This document shows, one piece after another, positions 1-9,576 of a DNA stretch of 64,000 nt. The DNA is taken from contig DASXSL010000023.1 in NCBI GenBank assembly GCA_036506035.1, positions 10 to 64,009 of the forward strand, read 5' to 3'. Position 1 is the stretch's first letter. Each line of letters starts with the position of its first letter. The notes under the pieces are model-generated. The model made no database searches, had not been told where the DNA came from, and saw nothing but the letters and a program-made list of their open reading frames with translations. The DNA is from Gemmatimonadaceae bacterium. Its GTDB lineage: Bacteria > Gemmatimonadota > Gemmatimonadetes > Gemmatimonadales > Gemmatimonadaceae. The translations under genes and the position numbers were made by a program.

Positions 1-89
1 ACACACTAAGTGTAAACAAACTCAGCAGTTACACAAAGGCTGTCCCAACAGTCATGTTATTGTTCGCGCCCAGCTGATCCGTACGGGCG

Positions 90-189
90 CCTCCGACAAC
101 CGCAAAACCGTCGAAAGACGGCGACGCAAAGCCCCGAGACTAAAGCGACGCATGTCCGCGACGCCAGGTCAGTCGAGCTACCGAAGAGG
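90..189 (+). ncRNA. Cyclic di-GMP-I (GEMM) family riboswitch, position-20 variant
   Basis: Matches the GEMM-I layout by eye: GCAAAA-CCGTC-GAAA-GACGG-C-GACGCAAAGC (P2 with GAAA tetraloop), CTAAA receptor element at 140-144, and 3' GCTACCGAAG. It lies directly upstream of RBS GAGGAG and ATG 196. Confidence 0.9.
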
Positions 190-195
190 AGCCAC

Positions 196-1326
196 ATGAA
201 CGTACCTCGCTTCAGATTCAGCTCAGCCGTAGCGACCTTTCTCACCATTACGGCTTTCCTCCTGCCGGCACCATTGAGTGCATTGCAGCTCTATGCGCGC
301 GCCGGTCGGGCGAGCTCGAATGCTGTGGCGAGTCACCCGGACTCTGCCCTGGCTAGCGCCGCTTCCGCCGGATCGACAGCAGCGGACAGCGCTGATTCAA
401 TTGCTCCCAAGAAGACCCTCTTCGCACCGTCCGGTGAAAAGGGAAGCGGCCTGAGCGGAAAAGTCTTTGCCCGCTTTGTACTTCCTGAAGATTGGATATC
501 GCTGGCGTCTCTGCCTGGCGCCGCTGTCTCGGACGCCTCGGTTCAGGGCAGCCCGGCTTCAAGCGCCGAAACTGTCTTCACCATGCGCTCATTCGGGCAG
601 AAAGTCCGCGCCTGGCTGAACGGCTATCGACTCGGCTATTGGCCCCAGGAAAAGGGCAGATTGAGATCTGAAGCCTACAAGAACCCGGATGGCTTCATCG
701 AAGTCACACCCGAGAACGAAGACACGCGGGTGTCCGAGCATTTCCGCCTCAGGGATTTCGTCTCACACGACCAGAAAGACGTCTGGCCGAAGTATGTCGT
801 GTTGCGCGAGCCCCTGCTCGACAAGCTCGAGCTGGTGATCGAAGACCTCAATGACCACGGCGTGAACGCCGAGGGGATGAGGATCCGTTCCGGTTTCCGT
901 ACGCCGGCCCATAACCTGGCAGTTCGCGCCGAGGGCAGCGCCCGCGACAGCCGCCACCAGTTTGGCGACGCCGCCGACGTGTTCATCGACCAGGAAGGAA
1001 ACGGCAAGATGTCCGACCTCAATGGCGACGGAAAGGTCAACTTCGCTGACGTGAAGATGATCCTTGACGCCGTTGAGAGAGTCGAGGCCCGCTATCCGGA
1101 GCTGGTTGGCGGTACCGGACTCTATGCCTACTCTGGCCGTAGCGGTCCGTTCGCGCACATCGACGTTCGCGGCACCCGCGCGCGTTGGGTGCGCGGAGTT
1201 TACAAAGGTCGCTCGCGCCGCGTCGCCCGAAGCCACAGGACATCGAGCAAGGCTGCGCCGGCAAAGAGCGCCGTCACCAAGACCGTGTCGGCCACGCGCG
1301 GAAGAGCGTCAGCAACTCCGGAATAG
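196..1326 (+). CDS. Secreted peptidase M15A (D-Ala-D-Ala carboxypeptidase/YcbK-like metallopeptidase)
   Basis: N-terminal signal peptide; motifs SGFRTPAHN, SRHQFGDAAD (HxxxxxxD) and FAHIDVRG (HxD); RBS GAGGAG. Confidence 0.85.
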   Translation: MNVPRFRFSSAVATFLTITAFLLPAPLSALQLYARAGRASSNAVASHPDSALASAASAGSTAADSADSIAPKKTLFAPSGEKGSGLSGKVFARFVLPEDWISLASLPGAAVSDASVQGSPASSAETVFTMRSFGQKVRAWLNGYRLGYWPQEKGRLRSEAYKNPDGFIEVTPENEDTRVSEHFRLRDFVSHDQKDVWPKYVVLREPLLDKLELVIEDLNDHGVNAEGMRIRSGFRTPAHNLAVRAEGSARDSRHQFGDAADVFIDQEGNGKMSDLNGDGKVNFADVKMILDAVERVEARYPELVGGTGLYAYSGRSGPFAHIDVRGTRARWVRGVYKGRSRRVARSHRTSSKAAPAKSAVTKTVSATRGRASATPE

Positions 1327-1375
1327 TGCCGCGTCGCTGACGCTCCTGTAAGACCAATTCAGCAAAACAGTTAAG

Positions 1376-4126
1376 CTATCTTCCGATCCAGTAAGTCCCC
1401 TTGATCTGGAAGACATTGGTCGGCCGATCGCGGAAAAGCGCGGACCTGTCACGGCTGAAATCGAAGTTGCCGAACTGATCGAACCCATTTCGCTCCTGGG
1501 TCCAAACGAAGTAGAGGGTCGATCCGGGCCGATACTCCCAGCGTAGCACGCCTGTGCCGCGGAGCGACCTCAGATTGAAATCAGGGTTGTCGACGACGAA
1601 TGGCGCGGCGGGGCCCGCTGCTCCGTCGGGGTCGATCGTGTAACTGATCGCGCCTGTCTGTGGGTCGGTGCTCTGGACAACGGTGCTTCCATTGTCCCGA
1701 CCGAAGAAGTTCATGTGCCGCGACTTTACTTCGGCGAATTCCTTGAAGCTCGAATAATGTCCGCTCGCCAGGAACGGCTGCGCGAACATCTCGAGAGTCA
1801 GGTTCGGGGTGAAGGTCATGTTGACTCTGGTGTCCATCGAGATGGTCTTCTGCTGCAGTCGGCCAAACACGTAACGGGTTCCCGCGAACTGTGGAGCGAC
1901 GGTTGGATCAGTCACCGCGGTGACGTACTGTTGGGCGGTGTTATCGATGTCGAGTGATGGCGAGAGACTTACCAGCATTCGCGACGACGGCTTCACCGTC
2001 ACCGAGGGGTAGTATGCGACGCGTCCTCCCTCAGTATTGTCCACCGGTCTGATGATCTGAACCTGCGCATTTCCCACGATGCGCTTGCGGGAATCGGTCC
2101 CGAAGTTCGTCGACCACATGTTGTAACCGTAGCGAATGACGGTCGGACCGCCGCGGGTCAGTCGCTCGTCATAGGTGCTGGGGTGGAGCAGCACGAACGT
2201 GCTTAGGTTCAAGTAGTTCTTGAAGGTGGCCTGCCACCAGGCGTGAAGATCGCCCTCGTTCTTGTCGCCGTCGTAATTGTCCTGCGTCTGCGCTCCCCAG
2301 ATGGTGTACATGTTCCGATACCAGCGGCCGGGCGTCGTCCACTGACGGAAGACGTTGAACAGCATCCACTTGTAGTCAGCGCGTCCGAGTACGCCGAGGT
2401 CGTTCGCTTCGAAGCCCGGGCTGCGCCAGTTCTGGGTCGTTTCCCAAAGCCAGTTGCCAGTCTCCTTCGCCAGGCGCGCGTAGAACCCATACCCGTAAAG
2501 ATTGCGACGCGTGGGATCGAGCTCGGTGTTGAACAGGCCATCTGTGGTGACGGTGCGGCCCGTGCGCTGATAGTAGCGGGCGCTCGCGAACTGGGCCTGT
2601 CGAATGGCAGCGGTATCACCGCCGATGTGCGTGAGGGCCGATTGAACGTTGAAGGCGTATTCCCGATTGGCCCAGCGATGCTCGAGATCGAGTCCGGCGG
2701 CCTCAGCGTTGGACCTCAGGCGAGCCACTTCATCTGGATTGGTGAGCGCACGGTTCACCATCGTCGTGATGGTTCCCACGCGGGTGTTGCCATTGTTGAA
2801 ATCCTTGCGCAGCCTGCCGATGAAGTAATTGGTCAGCGGCTCGACCTCCTGCGTCTCGTCAATCTTGCTCCCGATCGGTCGGAACCGCGCGCTTTCCCTG
2901 TTGGTGACGGCGTCCATCAATCCGACGGTGATACCGCTGGCGGTGCGACCCGTAACCTTGCCCGCGCCAAGAATAGTCGTCGCGTCGGCGGCATCCATGA
3001 AGTCCGACTGACCGGCCACGAGCCCCGCCAACTGGGGCGAGCGACCGATGCGTCTCGTGTAAATGAGACTCAGGCTGGAAACATTGCTGCAGAAGTAACA
3101 GCTGAATCCACCCGTTGAGAAATATTGAGAGTTCGAGACGAAAAACGGCCGCTTCTCCTGGAAGGTCGTCTCGAAAACTGAGAGGTTGACGACGGCCGGA
3201 TCCACCTCGACCTGACCGAAATCAGGGTTGACGGTGCCATCGAGCGTGAGGTTGGAAGTCAGATTCACCTTCACGTCCCCGCCGGCCCGGTATAGCATCT
3301 CATTGGTCGAGTGGTATGGGTCACCTGGCCGCGCGCGTTCCAGTTTGCTGCGAGTCGTTGCATAAGGCACCAGCTCCACCTGCCGCGGCCGCGAGGCGAC
3401 TTTGATTCCTTCGAGCGTGCCGAAATAAGCGGGGCCACCGTATTCATTGTTCCGCCAAAACGCCCACATGTCCTGCTCATTGCGGCGGTTCACCTCGCGC
3501 CAGATCTGCATCCCCCACACCTGGTCGGTCGCTCGCGAAAAGCGCAGCTGGGAGAAAGGAATTCGGAATTCCGCAGTCCAACCCAGTGAATCGATCTTGC
3601 TGGCTCCTTCCCAGACCGGATCGTATGAGGGATCGCCGTTCTGGTGGTCACCTTTGACGCCGTCCGGATTGAGCTCGAACCAGTTCCGACTGTTCTTGTC
3701 GCGGAAGGTGTCGAACACGAACGCAATGCGATCAGACGTGAGATTGTTGTCGCCGTTCATCAGCTGGTCGCGTCTGGCCAATGCCGATCGAACCCCCTTG
3801 GCGCCCAGTGAGTCGTACATGCGAGCACCGATGTACAGCGCGCTTGCATCGTAGAGGATGCGGATCTCGGTTTTTTGACTGGCCGGCTTGCCTTCGTCGG
3901 GCGCTGACTGACTCAGCTCGGTGATCGGTTTGGCCGCCGCCCACGCCGCTTCATCGAGACGACCATCGATGGTGATTTCGCCCTCGCGCGGTGCTGCCTG
4001 TGCCACCGGACGAGGGTCGCTTTGCGATCTGGTTGTTGCCTGGGAGAAAGCGAGGGAAGGGAGAAATGACAAACCGACGATGAGGGCGCAGCCGAGTGAA
4101 GCTGCAACAGACCGACTAACGGCCAT
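1376..4126 (-). CDS. DUF5916-type / CBM9-like exported outer-membrane protein
   Basis: 916 aa with signal peptide, IDGRLDEAAW and GWTAEFRIPFSQLRF CBM9-like segment, TVNPDFGQVEVD..EKRPFF motif, and a beta-strand-like C-terminus (KGTYWIGR). Confidence 0.75.
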   Translation of the reverse strand: MAVSRSVAASLGCALIVGLSFLPSLAFSQATTRSQSDPRPVAQAAPREGEITIDGRLDEAAWAAAKPITELSQSAPDEGKPASQKTEIRILYDASALYIGARMYDSLGAKGVRSALARRDQLMNGDNNLTSDRIAFVFDTFRDKNSRNWFELNPDGVKGDHQNGDPSYDPVWEGASKIDSLGWTAEFRIPFSQLRFSRATDQVWGMQIWREVNRRNEQDMWAFWRNNEYGGPAYFGTLEGIKVASRPRQVELVPYATTRSKLERARPGDPYHSTNEMLYRAGGDVKVNLTSNLTLDGTVNPDFGQVEVDPAVVNLSVFETTFQEKRPFFVSNSQYFSTGGFSCYFCSNVSSLSLIYTRRIGRSPQLAGLVAGQSDFMDAADATTILGAGKVTGRTASGITVGLMDAVTNRESARFRPIGSKIDETQEVEPLTNYFIGRLRKDFNNGNTRVGTITTMVNRALTNPDEVARLRSNAEAAGLDLEHRWANREYAFNVQSALTHIGGDTAAIRQAQFASARYYQRTGRTVTTDGLFNTELDPTRRNLYGYGFYARLAKETGNWLWETTQNWRSPGFEANDLGVLGRADYKWMLFNVFRQWTTPGRWYRNMYTIWGAQTQDNYDGDKNEGDLHAWWQATFKNYLNLSTFVLLHPSTYDERLTRGGPTVIRYGYNMWSTNFGTDSRKRIVGNAQVQIIRPVDNTEGGRVAYYPSVTVKPSSRMLVSLSPSLDIDNTAQQYVTAVTDPTVAPQFAGTRYVFGRLQQKTISMDTRVNMTFTPNLTLEMFAQPFLASGHYSSFKEFAEVKSRHMNFFGRDNGSTVVQSTDPQTGAISYTIDPDGAAGPAAPFVVDNPDFNLRSLRGTGVLRWEYRPGSTLYFVWTQERNGFDQFGNFDFSRDRSALFRDRPTNVFQIKGTYWIGR

Positions 4127-4351
4127 ATCGGACTCCTGCGGGTGGTTAACGGGAGCGGAGACTCCGAATTCGGCAGCCCAACCGCGTTCGAACCTTAGAC
4201 CGCCGAATGGCCCAAATGGTTGGAACTGGTGGACTGCCCAAGTCGAACATCACCGGCGCAACGGGAGCCCAGCCGTCGCTATTTTCTTCTTGGTCCTACG
4301 GCATTAGTTACCGGAAGGTGTCAAAGGGTTTCCCAAAGGGAGGGTCTCGCT

Positions 4352-5404
4352 TTGAAAGCTGCACTCGTCGCATCACTGCTGGGATGCGTTGTCAACGTCG
4401 CTTCGACGCAGACAGTCGTGCATCCAATCGCCGTTTCTGGCGAGCCGGGTGAATCGCACCTGAGAAACATCCGACAGTTGACCAATGGCGGCGAGAACGC
4501 AGAAGCCTATTTCAGCCACGATGGAACGAAGCTGATCTTTCAGAGCACCCGTGATGGCAGGACGTGCGATCAGCAGTACGTCATGCGGATCGATGGTTCG
4601 CACGTGCGCCGGGTTTCCAGCGGTCGGGGCAAGACCACTTGCGGCTACTTCATGAATGGTGACCGGCGCATCTTCTTCGCTTCGAGTGAGGCGCTGGAGA
4701 AGGACTGTCCGCCTCGGCCCGACCCTTCCAAGGGTTACGTGTGGCGCCTGGACCCTTTCGACATCTATACGGCTCGCCCCGACGGATCGCATCGGCGCAG
4801 GCTTACGCGGTTTGGGGTCTATACCGCTGAGGGCGTTCTATCTCCGGATGGTCGCAAGATTGTCTTCACATCACTGAAGGACGGCGATCTCGACATCTAC
4901 GTTATGAACGTCGACGGCTCGAACGTGAAACAGCTTACGCACCAACTTGGGTACGACGGTGGTCCGTGGTGGTCGCCCGACGGCAAGCAGATCGTATATC
5001 GCGCCTTTCACCCGCAAACCACTTCTGACATCGCGACTTACAAGGACCTTCTGGCGCAGCGGCTGGTGCGACCCAACAAGATGGACATTTGGATCATGAA
5101 CGCAGATGGCAGCGATCAGCATCAGATCACCCACCTCGGCGCCGCCAGCTTCGGCCCGTCCTGGACCGTCGACGGCAAGAAAATCATTTTCTCGTCGAAC
5201 CATCACACCGATCCAAAGCTCGGGAATTTCGACCTATTCCTGATCAACCCCGATGGCTCGGGCCTGGAGCAGGTGACGACAGCACCAACGTTTGACGGGT
5301 TTCCCATGTTCAGCCCGGATGGCCGCAAACTGGTATGGGCATCGAACAGGCACGACGCCAACCCGCACGAGACGAACGTCTTTATCGCAGACTGGGTGAA
5401 CTAG
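4352..5404 (+). CDS. TolB-like PD40 beta-propeller periplasmic protein
   Basis: Repeated SPDGRKIVF/WSPDGKQIVY PD40 repeats. Start moved to in-frame TTG 4352 behind GGGAGG, which gives a signal peptide. Confidence 0.8.
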   Translation: MKAALVASLLGCVVNVASTQTVVHPIAVSGEPGESHLRNIRQLTNGGENAEAYFSHDGTKLIFQSTRDGRTCDQQYVMRIDGSHVRRVSSGRGKTTCGYFMNGDRRIFFASSEALEKDCPPRPDPSKGYVWRLDPFDIYTARPDGSHRRRLTRFGVYTAEGVLSPDGRKIVFTSLKDGDLDIYVMNVDGSNVKQLTHQLGYDGGPWWSPDGKQIVYRAFHPQTTSDIATYKDLLAQRLVRPNKMDIWIMNADGSDQHQITHLGAASFGPSWTVDGKKIIFSSNHHTDPKLGNFDLFLINPDGSGLEQVTTAPTFDGFPMFSPDGRKLVWASNRHDANPHETNVFIADWVN

Positions 5405-5438
5405 CCATCCTCGCGATGTCTAGGTGCAAATACCCACT

Positions 5439-5936
5439 TCAGTTCGCGGTTCGCCTGTCATCCGTCCACCCGATTTGGGCGAGATGGTGCTTCAGATGCG
5501 CGACGTAATCGCTCATGAAATAGTCCAGCGTCGCAGGTTCATCGGAAGGAATTGGTTGCCACGCAAGTTTGTCGAGATTATGACGTGCCCGTTTGCGAAG
5601 ACGCTCGTCCTTACTCGCGGTCTGCATGATGCGCGCAATGTGCAGGTTGAAATTCCGCCAAAGGTCGATGAGTTCGTCCCACGGCGCCTCGCTATACCTT
5701 TGTAAAGAAACCCACTCGTCCTGCTCATAACCATCAAATACCAGATCGTCCTTAAACTGTGCGCGCACGAAACGTTGATGGTTGTTTGACGCCGAATCGA
5801 TCAAGTGCCCGATTATCTCACGAGGGCACCATTTCCCCGGTTTGGATCGGCGTCGCGAGTCCTCTTCGCTTATCTGCTGCAGGAACGGCGTTGCCCGCTG
5901 GACGGCATCGCGCAGCTCCTCGACGTACTGTTGCAC
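5439..5936 (-). CDS. DinB family protein (possible thiol S-transferase)
   Basis: GKWCPREIIGHLIDSA and C-terminal HLKHHLAQI give the DinB three-His pattern. Confidence 0.8.
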   Translation of the reverse strand: MQQYVEELRDAVQRATPFLQQISEEDSRRRSKPGKWCPREIIGHLIDSASNNHQRFVRAQFKDDLVFDGYEQDEWVSLQRYSEAPWDELIDLWRNFNLHIARIMQTASKDERLRKRARHNLDKLAWQPIPSDEPATLDYFMSDYVAHLKHHLAQIGWTDDRRTAN

Positions 5937-6062
5937 CGCTTATAACCCCCTGAACGACGTTGGCCCGGCAATTGAATATTTCGCGAACCGACCCTTCTGG
6001 CTATTGTGGGGTATCGCTCCGAGCGATTCAATCCGCCCTCGAACTTACTACCGAACGTACTG

Positions 6063-6437
6063 ATGAAACGCATAGCACTGCTTCTGGTTCTCGTCCTTGG
6101 ACTTGCCGCGGCATCCGCAGCCCGCTCACAGCAGCCCGGTCACGAGCCGGTTGCGAAGTCGAAAGGGCAGGCAACCGATACGGCTGATTTCAAGCCGTCC
6201 CCAGAGCTTCAGAAGTCACTCGAAGATCTCGCCGCCGCAGTGCAGGCGCTGGCGCAGAGGATTGCCAACGATCCTCAGATCAGGACGGCAGCGATGCAGG
6301 TCGCTTCAGGAGCGGTGACGACGGCGCAGCAGGTCGTGTCCGAGCAATCGGTGCACATCCAGGAAGCGCTGAAGACGGCTGCCGAGCGCATAGCCGCTGC
6401 GCAGGCTTCTCAGCACCAGAAGGTAAAGAAGCCGTAG
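6063..6437 (+). CDS. Hypothetical exported Ala/Gln-rich helical protein
   Basis: ATG 6063 gives a classical signal peptide MKRIALLLVLVLGLAAASAA. Confidence 0.65.
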   Translation: MKRIALLLVLVLGLAAASAARSQQPGHEPVAKSKGQATDTADFKPSPELQKSLEDLAAAVQALAQRIANDPQIRTAAMQVASGAVTTAQQVVSEQSVHIQEALKTAAERIAAAQASQHQKVKKP

Positions 6438-6441
6438 CGGG

Positions 6442-7242
6442 TTGACCGACCCAAAGTCGATCGCGCGAGACGCTCTCACCGGGGCAATCCTCGGAACGCT
6501 CTGCGCCGTCGCCGCCCAGGTGCTGGGCGTGCAGCAATTGCTCCGCCGGCCGGAGCTCACCCTCTACATTCCCACGGCGATCGCCGGTGCTCTACTCGGC
6601 GTGACGCGCCTTCGTCCACTGCTGTGGGTGGCGGGAGCGATCCTCTCCTTCCTTTGTATCGCTGCTGCGTATACGCCGCTCGCGTCCGGCGCGGCAGCGC
6701 CGTTCGTTCGCCGGGATCCGCTTCCGAGCCGGGTTGATGCAATAGCCGTATTGTCGATGGGAGTTACTCCCGATGGACTGATGCGGTCGGAAACCCTCGA
6801 TCGATTGCTGACCGGCATCTCTTTGGCGCGTCGCGGACTGGCGCACAATCTCCTCGTTTCAACGGAGACCCGCCCTTTTGCTGGAAAGCCAGTGTCAGAC
6901 TCGGCGGACGTTCAGAGCGTTGCGAGAATTGCCGCGCCTGGCGACACCGTAATTTTTGTCGACTCGATTGTGACCACCCGCACCGAGGCGCTGCGGATGC
7001 GATCCATCGCGAGCACCCACGGGTGGAGAACCTTAGCAGTAGTGACGTCGCCGATGCACTCGAAGCGGGCCTGTGCTACCTTCGAGGCGGTCGGTTTCAG
7101 GGTCGTGTGCGTACCAGCAGACGTGAGGGGGTCTGGGCTGGACCCGCGCAGCAGTCCAGAAGATCGACTGCGCGCCTTTCGAGCGTGGCTTTATGAAAGA
7201 TTTGCGACTGATTCGTATCGACGCCGCGGTTGGATTCGGTGA
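6442..7242 (+). CDS. YdcF/ElyC-like DUF218 membrane protein
   Basis: N-terminal TM helices; DAIAVLS, TTRTEA and VVTSPMHSKRA motifs. Confidence 0.75.
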   Translation: MTDPKSIARDALTGAILGTLCAVAAQVLGVQQLLRRPELTLYIPTAIAGALLGVTRLRPLLWVAGAILSFLCIAAAYTPLASGAAAPFVRRDPLPSRVDAIAVLSMGVTPDGLMRSETLDRLLTGISLARRGLAHNLLVSTETRPFAGKPVSDSADVQSVARIAAPGDTVIFVDSIVTTRTEALRMRSIASTHGWRTLAVVTSPMHSKRACATFEAVGFRVVCVPADVRGSGLDPRSSPEDRLRAFRAWLYERFATDSYRRRGWIR

Positions 7243-7275
7243 GGTTGTCAACCTGAAATCCGAGGAATCCTCGTA

Positions 7276-8667
7276 ATGACATCTGTACCGGTTTCTGGTT
7301 CCTATCGGGGCTCGACTGGATATCCAACGGTAGAGACGAGGGGGATCTGGAAAGTCATCACCGCGTCCTCGGTCGGCACGATGATCGAGTGGTACGACTT
7401 CTACATCTTCGGCAGTCTGGCAGCAATTATCTCGACGCAGTTTTTCCCAGGTGAGAGCCCGACGGCCAGTTTCCTGAAGACTCTGGCGACTTTTGCTGTC
7501 GGTTTTGCGGTTCGCCCATTCGGAGCTCTGGTCTTCGGCAGGATCGGAGATTTGATCGGCAGAAAGTTCGCTTTCCTGGCGACGCTGTTGATCATGGGTG
7601 GATCCACCGCTGCGATCGGATTCCTGCCGAGCTATACCAGAATCGGCCTCGCGGCTCCGGTCATCCTCGTGATACTGCGGCTACTGCAGGGGCTGGCGCT
7701 CGGCGGTGAGTACGGAGGCGCTGCTGTTTATGTGGCCGAGCACGCCCCGGATGGGCGCCGCGGTTATTACACGAGCTACATCCAAACGACCGCGACGCTG
7801 GGTCTCTTTGTGTCGCTGGCAGTCATTCTCATCGTCAGGGGACTTGTTGGCGAAGATGCGTTCAAGGCCTGGGGCTGGCGCATCCCGTTCATCCTCTCGC
7901 TCGTCCTCCTCGCAATTTCCTACTACATCCGGGTACGGCTCCGCGAGTCGCCGCTGTTCGCGATCCTGAAGGAAACGGGCAAGACCTCACGTGCGCCCAT
8001 TCAGGAGAGTTTCGGGACCTGGCCTCGCTGGAAGATCTTCTTTACCGTCCTTTTCGGAGCTGCTGCCGGACAAGCGGTGGTCTGGTATACCGGCCAGTTC
8101 TACGCCCTGCTGTTCCTGCAAACTGTACTGAAAGTCCCGCTCGTCACCTCCTATGTATGCGTTGCGATAGCGCTCGCCCTCGGGGCGCCGCTGTTCGTCT
8201 TTTTCGGAAGCCTGTCCGATCGAATCGGACGCAAGAAGATCATGATGGCCGGGAATCTCCTCGCGGCGATCCTCTACGTTCCCATTTATCACGCGATGAA
8301 GTTTTACTCGAGTCCCGTGAACGCGGTCGCCCTGACCGCCCTGGTATTCGTTCAGGTGGTTTTCGTGACGATGGTGTATGGACCGATTGCCGCGTTCCTG
8401 GTAGAAGCATTTCCGGCAAAGATCCGGTACACTTCGCTCTCGCTGCCATACCACTTTGGCAACGGCTGGTTCGGCGGATTCCTTCCGATCATCGCAACGA
8501 GTCTGGTAGCGAAGACAGGCAACATCTATGCGGGCCTCGCGTTCCCGATTGTCGTTGCGTTGATAACCTTCGTGGTCGGATCGATCAGTTTGCGGGATCA
8601 GCACAACGAAAGCATTTGGGCCGAAGTGTCGCATCCGGGTGGCCGCCCCATCACATCCGCAGTTTAA
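7276..8667 (+). CDS. MFS transporter, metabolite:H+ symporter family
   Basis: GTMIEWYDFYIFG, GDLIGRK, LRLLQGLALGGEYGGA motifs; about 12 TM segments. Confidence 0.92.
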   Translation: MTSVPVSGSYRGSTGYPTVETRGIWKVITASSVGTMIEWYDFYIFGSLAAIISTQFFPGESPTASFLKTLATFAVGFAVRPFGALVFGRIGDLIGRKFAFLATLLIMGGSTAAIGFLPSYTRIGLAAPVILVILRLLQGLALGGEYGGAAVYVAEHAPDGRRGYYTSYIQTTATLGLFVSLAVILIVRGLVGEDAFKAWGWRIPFILSLVLLAISYYIRVRLRESPLFAILKETGKTSRAPIQESFGTWPRWKIFFTVLFGAAAGQAVVWYTGQFYALLFLQTVLKVPLVTSYVCVAIALALGAPLFVFFGSLSDRIGRKKIMMAGNLLAAILYVPIYHAMKFYSSPVNAVALTALVFVQVVFVTMVYGPIAAFLVEAFPAKIRYTSLSLPYHFGNGWFGGFLPIIATSLVAKTGNIYAGLAFPIVVALITFVVGSISLRDQHNESIWAEVSHPGGRPITSAV

Positions 8668-8682
8668 GCACGGCGTATTGAG

Positions 8683-9576
8683 ATGATGATCCTCCTTGCC
8701 GGAGCGTTGCTCCTTGCTGCGCAGAAACAGGATTCGCTGGCGCAAAGGATCCAGGCTCGAATCGCACAGGATTCCGGTGCCTACGTAGGAGTTGCGTACA
8801 TCGATCTCGGCAGCAGAGACACGCTGTTCCTCAACGCTGACTCCAGCTTCCACGCCGCCAGCACCATGAAAGTGCCGGTGATGATCGAGCTGTTCAGACG
8901 CGCCAACACCGGCTCCTTCAGGATGGACCAGCCCCTTCTGATGGTGAACCAGTTTGCCTCATTGGCAGATGGCACCCCCTACTCGCTCGACGTCGGCTCG
9001 GACAGCGATTCGAGTCTCTACCATCGCATTGGCGAACGAGTACGGGTGGACAGCCTGCTGCGTCTGATGATCACGCGCTCGAGTAACCTTGCGACGAATA
9101 CTCTGATCACACTCGTTGGCGCCGATGCGATCACCCAAACGATGCGCGAGCTGGGAGCGAAGCGCATTCAGGTGTTGCGTGGCGTCGAAGACGGAAAGGC
9201 GTTCGAGAAAGGCCTCAACAACACCACGACGGCGCGGGACCTGGCGATCATTCTGCGCGCGATCGAAGAAGGCGATGCTGCGTCACCCGTGGCGACAAAG
9301 GAGATGCTCGGTATCCTGCTGGCGCAGGAATTCAACGAGAAGATTCCGGCCGGACTGCCGAGCGGCGTCCGTGTTGCCCACAAAACCGGCGACATCACCG
9401 CCGTGTCGCACGACGCAGCCATCGTTTATCCACCAGGCAGGAAACCGTACGTCCTCGTCGTGCTCACGCGAGGAATCAGAGACGGGGCAAAGTCTGCGAA
9501 GCTGATCGCCGACATTTCTGCGCTGGTCTATTCCCACAACGCCGCCGTTAACGGTGGGCATCTGGCGAACCGTTAA
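8683..9576 (+). CDS. Class A beta-lactamase-related serine hydrolase
   Basis: SxxK (ASTMK), SxN (SSN) and KTG (HKTG) motifs; signal peptide. Confidence 0.85.
   Translation: MMILLAGALLLAAQKQDSLAQRIQARIAQDSGAYVGVAYIDLGSRDTLFLNADSSFHAASTMKVPVMIELFRRANTGSFRMDQPLLMVNQFASLADGTPYSLDVGSDSDSSLYHRIGERVRVDSLLRLMITRSSNLATNTLITLVGADAITQTMRELGAKRIQVLRGVEDGKAFEKGLNNTTTARDLAIILRAIEEGDAASPVATKEMLGILLAQEFNEKIPAGLPSGVRVAHKTGDITAVSHDAAIVYPPGRKPYVLVVLTRGIRDGAKSAKLIADISALVYSHNAAVNGGHLANR

Noticed and set aside
10-34. GTGTAA-N13-TTACAC inverted repeat upstream of the riboswitch
   Set aside because: Short, at the window edge, and its spacing matches no operator I can name.
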